Assembly (NCBI GenBank): GCA_021647805.1
Contig: JAKITZ010000001.1
Span: 1 to 32,854, forward strand
DNA: 32,854 nucleotides
Direction: 5' to 3'
DNA from: Robiginitomaculum sp.
Lineage (GTDB): Bacteria > Pseudomonadota > Alphaproteobacteria > Caulobacterales > Maricaulaceae
Below the pieces are notes generated by a model. The model was not told where the DNA came from. It did no database searches and was given only the letters and a program-made list of their open reading frames with translations. The translations under genes and the position numbers were made by a program. Below are positions 28,083 through 32,854 of the stretch, piece by piece; within the stretch, counting starts at the first letter, position 1, and each line of letters starts with the position of its first letter.

Positions 28083-28928
28083 GTGGCGGTGAGAGTGGCT
28101 ACTTATGCTTATCACAGCAATCCAGCTTATCTTGGTGCGCTTTATTCGGTAACCAATGGCAATGTAACTTACCTGCACAAGGATCATCTCGGTTCGGCAA
28201 GCACGGGTACGATTGGCAATGGAGTTAACGCAGGCAACATTGCGTGGAACGAACAATACACACCATTTGGCGAGACTATCCTTAACCCGGCGGCAAATGA
28301 TAACCTTGATGGATTTACCGGACATATCAAGGACAAAGCCACCGGCCTGAACTACATGCAGGCGCGTTATTACGATCCGGCACTGGGTAGGTTCCTAAGC
28401 ATTGATCCGGTAGAGTTTAGCGCGGAAAGACCGGGAATGTTCAATCGTTATACTTATACATACAACGATCCAATAAACTTTACTGACCCAACGGGTATGG
28501 TCGGTGGTTGCGACAGCTGCTGGACGGACATGTATAATTCTGGGATGTCTGCTGAGAGTGCTACGATTGCTGAAGCTGGTTTTCGCCCATATAGTGAAGC
28601 GTTTGCAAAAGGCACTTTGATTGGTGCAACAATGACACCTATTGGACGGGGTGTGTCAGTAGGTATAGGTATTGCAACTAGAATTCTAACGAAAAAAGCA
28701 CTGACAACATCGCAGAAAAAAGCAGTTCGAAGCATGAAGAAGAATATAAAAGAGCATAAAGCTAGAATCAAATCAGAGAGGAAGAACCCTACTGTTAAGC
28801 CTGAAATGGTTGGTAAAACTACCAAGAAACAGCAGAAGCAACAACGTAAAACGCGAGAAAACAAACACAAACGTGATATAAAAGACTGGAAGAAACAAAT
28901 TAAAGAAATCAAGAAAGAAGCGCAATGA
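28083..28928 (+). CDS. Orphan Rhs C-terminal module: end of the RHS repeat-associated core (to DPTGM, nt 28499) fused to an unrecognised 142-aa C-terminal (toxin) domain
   Basis: ...NGNVTYLHKDHLGSAS...YTPFGE...DGFTGHIKDKATGLNYMQARYYDPALGRFLSIDPVEF....FNRYTYTYNDPINFTDPTGM is the conserved Rhs core end (YYDPxxGRF...DPxG). The variable tail that follows is VGGCDSCWTDMYNSG...GTLIGATMTPIGRGVSVGIGIATRIL...K/Q/R-rich. There is no N-terminal Rhs shell, PAAR or VgrG. The GTG start is nominal, and the frame is open from 28038. Confidence 0.8.
   Translation: MAVRVATYAYHSNPAYLGALYSVTNGNVTYLHKDHLGSASTGTIGNGVNAGNIAWNEQYTPFGETILNPAANDNLDGFTGHIKDKATGLNYMQARYYDPALGRFLSIDPVEFSAERPGMFNRYTYTYNDPINFTDPTGMVGGCDSCWTDMYNSGMSAESATIAEAGFRPYSEAFAKGTLIGATMTPIGRGVSVGIGIATRILTKKALTTSQKKAVRSMKKNIKEHKARIKSERKNPTVKPEMVGKTTKKQQKQQRKTRENKHKRDIKDWKKQIKEIKKEAQ
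28084..28098. repeat. 15-bp duplicate of the tRNA-Ser 3' end (att-like direct repeat; partner at 30204-30218)
   Basis: tggcggtgagagtgg is identical at both sites. The second copy is the reverse complement of the last 15 nt of the tRNA, including CCA. The repeat coincides with the left boundary of the Rhs-derived material. Confidence 0.55.
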
Positions 28929-29407
28929 GTTCTGGTTTAAATCAAGAAGCATATGAAGGGCTTTGTGGAAAATTCACCAAGCTTGAAAATGTCACTAGCA
29001 TGGAGTTTAGAACAACTTCTCCATCTTTGGCGTTAATCCATCTTCAAAACAAAGTAGATGACACTATGTTTGAAAAAGCTGTCATACACTTACTCGATAA
29101 CAAAGTGGAATATTTTTGCCTATCTGGCGCAGACGCTTCAAGCTTGCATGATGCTGTTGATGATACCATCATTGATGGCGGGTATGAAAAGAGGGGTTTT
29201 TTTAGAGACCTCTTTAGACCTAAAAACATACTTACCAGTTTTCACGTTGACGAAGGTATGAGTGATATACTCAACATGATAGAATTTACCGCTAGATATA
29301 AAAAGCTGAACCGGATCATAAATGTAATTTACGACCAACCTTCACCTGCAATAGATTATTTGAAAAATGTTTTGAAAAAAAATGATAGGTATTCACCCAG
29401 ACCTTAA
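28925..29407 (+). CDS. Candidate cognate immunity protein (hypothetical, 160 aa)
   Basis: The ATG overlaps the toxin stop (gcgcaATGAgt), and the same strand and AT-rich composition continue from the toxin tail. This is the standard position for Rhs/CDI immunity genes. I recognise no family motif. Confidence 0.55.
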   Translation: MSSGLNQEAYEGLCGKFTKLENVTSMEFRTTSPSLALIHLQNKVDDTMFEKAVIHLLDNKVEYFCLSGADASSLHDAVDDTIIDGGYEKRGFFRDLFRPKNILTSFHVDEGMSDILNMIEFTARYKKLNRIINVIYDQPSPAIDYLKNVLKKNDRYSPRP

Positions 29408-29614
29408 ACGCTAGGCTGCAACCTTTACACACCCGTACTGCCAAGCCGGGCGGATCAGTGGCACTTGATTATACCTATGCTTATGATGCTCGTGGTAAAG
29501 TCATCAGCATTACCGATGCAGTAACTTCGGCCAACAATCGGGTATATGCTTATGATCAATTGGGTCGGTTAACTACTGCCGCTGGGCCATGGGGTGCGGG
29601 TAGCTTTGGTTATG

Positions 29615-29691
29615 CTTCGTAGGTGGTTGGCCAACGGTCAAATAATTGATCCGGGGGATCAAATATAACCGAAGAAGGCCACGGCAGTGGC
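29615..29691 (+). mobile_element. 77-nt hairpin-rich mini-insertion, copy A (non-autonomous; no TIRs; subterminal palindromes)
   Basis: cttcgtaggtggttggccaacggtcaaataattgatccgggggatcaaatataaccgaagaaggccacggcagtggc is 67/77 identical to copy B by hand alignment. It contains palindromes gttgg/ccaac, a long hairpin at 29642-29666, and gccac-ggca-gtggc. Confidence 0.65.
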
Positions 29692-29857
29692 TTGGTAATA
29701 TCCGTACCAAGACGCTTGGTTCGCGCAATATCATCAACACTTACAACAATGCCACTAATATGGTTACGCAGACCGCAGACAGTGTCAAAGGCACTCGTGC
29801 CATAAGCCATGATGCCCGTGGTAATGTTATCTCGCTTGGCGCACAGAACTTCACTTA

Positions 29858-29934
29858 CTTCGTAGTTGGTTGACCAACGGTCAAATATTCAGTCCGGGGG
29901 ACTGAATATAACCGAAGAAGGCCACTGCAGTGGC
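29858..29934 (+). mobile_element. 77-nt hairpin-rich mini-insertion, copy B
   Basis: cttcgtagttggttgaccaacggtcaaatattcagtccgggggactgaatataaccgaagaaggccactgcagtggc. The long hairpin at 29885-29909 is a perfect 11-bp stem. Three of its base pairs differ from copy A on both strands. Confidence 0.65.
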
Positions 29935-30203
29935 GTCGGATCAACCGGTATTGATCAGCGGCTCGGCCAGTGGTAGTTATCTGTATGATGGCAATCGTAA
30001 GCGGGTGAGAAGCGTGGTAAATGGCAAGACTATTTATAACGTTTATGATGCAAGTGGCACGTTGATCCATGTGGACGATACCAGCACAGCGAAGCAAACA
30101 GACTATATCGGCAAGATCGCTCGGATAACCAATGGCAATGTAACGTATTTGCATAAAGATCATCTTGGTTCGGCGAGTTCTGGTACCACCAGCACCGTAG
30201 CAA

Positions 30204-30294
30204 TGGCGGTGAGAGTGGGATTCGAACCCACGGTACGCTATTAACGCACACACGCTTTCCAAGCGTGCGCCTTCGACCACTCGGCCACCTCACC
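30204..30294 (-). tRNA. tRNA-Ser (anticodon GGA), type II with a long variable arm and encoded CCA
   Basis: The reverse complement is GGTGAGGTGGCCGAGTGGTCGAAGGCGCACGCTTGGAAAGCGTGTGTGCGTTAATAGCGTACCGTGGGTTCGAATCCCACTCTCACCGCCA. The acceptor pairs GGTGAGG/TCTCACC, the anticodon stem is CACGC/GCGTG with loop TTGGAAA, the variable arm is GTGCG...CGTAC, and the T arm is GTGGG-TTCGAAT-CCCAC. Confidence 0.93.
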
Positions 30295-30412
30295 TTTATG
30301 CCTGCGTCTTTATAACGAGGGTTTTTAGTTTCACAAGAGCGTGAACCCCATGACATTATGTCTTTTGTGCATTATGTGTAAACTTAAGGATAAACAGCTA
30401 GGATTTTAGAAC

Positions 30413-30634
30413 TTGTTTCGCAGTATTATAGTATTTGGCCTATTAGGTAATGGTTTGTTATTTGCTTTTGGCATTTGGCGTTCGGTAATGCAGGGCAGGC
30501 AAGCGTTTCATACTATTGGCGATCTGTTTGGTTCTTCTGGCGGGATAATGAATGTTTCACTTTGGCCGTTGGGAATTATTTTGTTTGCGCTCTTATTAGC
30601 GCGGCAATCAAAGCTCGGAGACCCTGATGACTGA
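30413..30634 (+). CDS. Hypothetical small 2-TM membrane protein upstream of and overlapping msrA
   Basis: 73 aa with a TTG start and two hydrophobic segments (IIVFGLLGNGLLFAFGIW; VSLWPLGIILFALLLA). Its stop overlaps the msrA start by 8 nt. It could be spurious. Confidence 0.35.
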   Translation: MFRSIIVFGLLGNGLLFAFGIWRSVMQGRQAFHTIGDLFGSSGGIMNVSLWPLGIILFALLLARQSKLGDPDD

Positions 30635-31196
30635 TCCGCAATTACTACATTTCGTCAATAACCACGCTTTGTTGCCGCCATGGCCAGAGCAAATGCAATA
30701 TATCGATTTAGCCATGGGTTGTTTTTGGGGCGCAGAGCGATTGTTTTGGCAATTAGAGGGCGTTCACGTCACCATGGTGGGTTATCAAGGCGGCGAAACC
30801 TTAAACCCAAATTACACTGAAATTTGCCAAAAACAAACAAACCATACTGAATCTGTGCGGGTGGTGTTTGATCCGGCACTGATCTCTTTTGAGCAAATAC
30901 TAATGGTGTTTTGGGAAAACCATGATCCAACTCAAGGCAATCGTCAGGGCAATGACATTGGTTTGCAATACCGCTCGATGATTTTTACCAATACAAATGA
31001 TCAGTTTAATCAAGCGATCTTATCACTCGCCACCACCCAAAAATTACTAAATACTAAAGGGTTTGGTGAAATAACTACCGAGGTAATTACCGGTGCAAAA
31101 TTTTGGCTGGCCGAAGAAGAGCACCAACAATATTTAGCCAAAAACCCAGACGGGTATTGCAATATAAAAGGGACAGGGATCACCTGTGTAGTTTAA
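30627..31196 (+). CDS. msrA: Peptide-methionine (S)-S-oxide reductase
   Basis: LAMGCFWGAERLFW (GCFWG active site), GY.GG...NP.Y..IC...T.H.E.V.V.FDP and FWENHDPTQGNRQGND.G.QYRS. Confidence 0.93.
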   Translation: MTDPQLLHFVNNHALLPPWPEQMQYIDLAMGCFWGAERLFWQLEGVHVTMVGYQGGETLNPNYTEICQKQTNHTESVRVVFDPALISFEQILMVFWENHDPTQGNRQGNDIGLQYRSMIFTNTNDQFNQAILSLATTQKLLNTKGFGEITTEVITGAKFWLAEEEHQQYLAKNPDGYCNIKGTGITCVV

Positions 31197-31199
31197 CCC

Positions 31200-31763
31200 A
31201 TGAGCCATTACCCATCATTAGCAAAAGATGCTAGGTTAGAAGAGTTGTTTAAGCGGTTTCCCCGTGGAGTTGCCCCGTTAATAGCTTTGCATGACCAGGT
31301 CTTGCGGGATGATAATAGCCCGCTTTGTTTGGGCGACCGTGAATTAATAGCGGCCTTTGTTTCTGGCTTAAATGCTTGCAAATTTTGTTTTGGGGCGCAC
31401 AAATTAATGGCCAGAGCCTTTGGCGTTGAAGAAAAACTAATCGACGATCTAATTATCGATGAGCAAACTGCCGAAATACCTGCAAAGTACAGGCCGTTAT
31501 TTGCTTACTTGCGAAAACTTACTTTGTCTCCGGCAAAAGTCACAGCAAATGACATGAAAGCAGCCTTAAAAGCTGGCTGGACAGAAGAAGCAATATATGA
31601 CGCTGCTTTGATTTGCGCTTTGTTCAGTTTCATGAACCGGGTTTTGGACGGAGCCGGAATTGAGCCAAAACCATTGTTTGAAAACCCCAGCGATGAAGAC
31701 TTAAAAACCAGATCAACAGGTACATATGGCGAGTGGGCAAAAAATGCCAATTTGATTAAATAG
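31200..31763 (+). CDS. AhpD-like / carboxymuconolactone decarboxylase-family protein (peroxidase-related)
   Basis: RELIAAFVSGLNACKFCFGAH carries the CxxC..H motif of the AhpD-core fold, followed by W.EEAIYDAALICALFSFMNR. It sits 3 nt after msrA, giving a redox-repair context. Confidence 0.78.
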   Translation: MSHYPSLAKDARLEELFKRFPRGVAPLIALHDQVLRDDNSPLCLGDRELIAAFVSGLNACKFCFGAHKLMARAFGVEEKLIDDLIIDEQTAEIPAKYRPLFAYLRKLTLSPAKVTANDMKAALKAGWTEEAIYDAALICALFSFMNRVLDGAGIEPKPLFENPSDEDLKTRSTGTYGEWAKNANLIK

Positions 31764-32011
31764 CACTTACAAAAAACCATTAGCAATTTCCTAGTGCTTT
31801 CCCCAGCGGATAAAGCTTAAAAAGGCTGACTACAAAACAATATTGTTTGTGAGCAATGTTAAAGAAATTCTTTATTAAAACTCAGGTTTCATTGAGTTTA
31901 GAGAATATTCACCATGTCAAAGAGCCGCAAATTGACAAATTATAACCATTTGCAAGACCACTATAGCAAGTGCGAGTAAAGAGAGCATGGTTGAAACTTA
32001 TCCCCGTTGTT

Positions 32012-32139
32012 CAAGGGTGAACAAGGGTCAATGATTGCTAATTCTTTGCCAATTAACCCTTAGTTTATGGGCTGTCTTTGCCAATGATTGCTAATTAAGT
32101 ATCAAGCAGTATTGCAAATGCGCCCCTTGTTCACCCTTG
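32012..32139. repeat. Composite repeat: a perfect 16-bp inverted repeat enclosing two 15-bp direct repeats
   Basis: caagggtgaacaaggg (32012-32027) is the exact reverse complement of cccttgttcacccttg (32124-32139). Inside, caatgattgctaatt occurs at 32029-32043 and 32082-32096, and ctttgccaat occurs at 32044-32053 and 32075-32084. Confidence 0.75.
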
Positions 32140-32163
32140 TTTAATCTTGCAACTATTCTCGTC

Positions 32164-32183
32164 ATTGCGGCGAAAGCCGCAAT
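32164..32183. repeat. REP-like stem-loop (8-bp stem, GAAA loop)
   Basis: attgcggc-gaaa-gccgcaat within gtcattgcggcgaaagccgcaatcc. This is the same word shape (gtcatt..stem..aatcc) as palindromic extragenic repeats seen in many proteobacteria. A second gtcattcc word lies at about 32529. Confidence 0.5.
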
Positions 32184-32709
32184 CCATCCACCGATTGAAG
32201 TCACATCAAGACCGGCCAATAACTTACACCATTCACACTGACTCCACCTACAAGGATGGAACCTACGTCAAGCACGACATGACGATCCGTGGTGAAGTGC
32301 AAAACATATTCATTAAGATCACGAACGTACCCCCTCCGAGCGCTTCGCGCCCACATCCCACGCAAGCGAGGGGAGGAAAACATCTTGTCTTTTGTCTCAC
32401 CATCAAATGTCAAAACATCACGAGGCGGACTCCTTCTCCCGGCTAGGGAGGGGGTGAGGACATAAATTGAGTAGCGCTCAATTTTGATCGAATGGTGAGG
32501 GTCTTAATGTTGACAATAACAAAACGCCGTCATTCCGTTCTTGTCCCTCATAGTCGCTTTGCGACAGCTTAGAATGAGGTCGGGATACATCCCTGTAACT
32601 ATCGTTAGAGCTAATAGCAGGAAGACTGGATCACTCGGGTAAGCCGCGCAGCGACGACCTATAATGTTGTATTTGTAAAATATTGAAACTTAAAACCGTA
32701 TTACAGAGG

Positions 32710-32854
32710 TTATTTTTGACTGGCTTTAAGTCTGTTCATCATCGCTCCAATTTCGCGAACTGTCGATATGGCCGCTTCATCACCGCTCTGTAAAGTCGAT
32801 TTAACTTTGGCGGAACGTATGATGTTCAATGTTCGGCGGCAAATATCATCTGAA
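32710..32854 (-). CDS. 3' end of an unidentified gene entering from the right edge
   Basis: The minus-strand frame is open from the window edge and reads ...SDDICRRTLNIIRSAKVKSTLQSGDEAAISTVREIGAMMNRLKASQK-stop (TAA at 32712-32710). It is too short to name. Confidence 0.35.
   Translation of the reverse strand, partial: SDDICRRTLNIIRSAKVKSTLQSGDEAAISTVREIGAMMNRLKASQK

Larger units (their letters stand above)
29416..30203 (+). pseudogene. Second Rhs (YD-repeat) core fragment, 5'-truncated, split into three frames by two 77-nt insertions and cut off at the tRNA-Ser junction
   Basis: Frame 1 reads LDYTYAYDARGKVISITD...VYAYDQLGRLTTAAGPWGAGSFGY. Frame 0 reads GNIRTKTLGSRNIINTYNNATNMVTQTADSVKGTRAISHDARGNVISLGAQNFTY. 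Frame 2 reads SDQPVLISGSASGSYLYDGNRKRVRSVVNGKTIYNVYDASGTLIHVDD...ITNGNVTYLHKDHLGSASSGTT. All three are YD-repeat/Rhs-core-like. Confidence 0.78.

Noticed and set aside
27942-28083. Riboswitch (TPP or cobalamin) in the leader of the TonB-dependent receptor
   Set aside because: The leader is only about 140 nt and lacks the conserved cores I know (for example CUGAGA...ACCUGAUCUGGAUAAUGCCAGCG for TPP, or the B12 box).
28084-28098. Treating the 15-mer as proof of integration by itself
   Set aside because: An exact 15-mer repeat is expected about once by chance in 33 kb counting both strands. I kept it only as a positional argument, because it coincides with the tRNA 3' end and with the Rhs boundary.
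28454-28912. 152-aa minus-strand ORF antisense to the Rhs toxin tail. The same judgement applies to the many 60-130-aa antisense ORFs inside comM, pyrF, the bkd genes, fmt, rmuC, hrcA, rph and the TonB receptor.
   Set aside because: These are shadow ORFs. The Lys-rich (AAA/AAG) toxin tail reads as Phe/Leu-rich on the other strand. In every case the opposite strand carries a recognisable protein family.
29615-29934. Whether the two 77-nt repeats form a CRISPR array, a tRNA-like gene or a small self-cleaving ribozyme
   Set aside because: There are only two copies, they are 77 nt long and internally multi-hairpinned, and they sit inside a coding remnant, so they are not CRISPR-like. The 5' and 3' ends do not pair as an acceptor stem. 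I could not find a hammerhead core (CUGANGA...GAAA) or other ribozyme cores that I know.
32147-32446. 99-aa (+) and 70-aa (-) mutually overlapping ORFs
   Set aside because: They overlap each other on opposite strands and are built from GC-rich palindromes (..PPPSASRPHPTQARGG.. / ..SSPRLRGMWARSARRG..). This is the usual translation artefact of REP-like repeats.

Overview
The window looks like a chromosomal segment of a moderate or low GC proteobacterium, probably an alphaproteobacterium. That call is inferred from gene content and order, not from any search. About 24 kb is ordinary housekeeping. It holds ampG (edge-truncated), a PAS-like/receiver response regulator, comM/yifB, pyrF, a GT4 plus PIG-L-like pair, and bkdR divergent from a bkdA1-bkdA2-bkdB-(small membrane ORF)-lpdV operon. 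It also holds truA-fmt-def, rmuC, a PQQ-type sugar dehydrogenase, recR, infC with a non-AUG start, a GT9 transferase, alkB, an HExxH secreted protein, grpE-hrcA divergent from rph, msrA and an AhpD-like protein. The accessory part runs from about 24.9 to 30.3 kb, between rph and a minus-strand tRNA-Ser(GGA). In order it contains a disrupted Ntn-hydrolase-like gene, a small AT-rich ORF and a TonB-dependent receptor. Next comes a 2.1-kb block bounded by a 15-bp duplication of the tRNA-Ser 3' end. That block holds an Rhs core C-terminus fused to an unrecognised 142-aa C-terminal domain, a translationally coupled immunity candidate, and a second Rhs core fragment. The second fragment is interrupted twice by a 77-nt hairpin-rich element. 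The two element copies differ by compensatory stem changes, and the element length exactly accounts for both frame shifts. No integrase, transposase, VgrG/PAAR or CRISPR array is visible. Other unexplained structure includes a roughly 125-190 bp direct repeat bracketing alkB and the HExxH gene. Two intergenic regions are enriched for a CCCTT-containing motif and share longer words. The last roughly 950 bp before a right-edge partial gene is non-coding and hairpin-dense. All protein names come from motifs I recognise by eye; no database search or computation was run.
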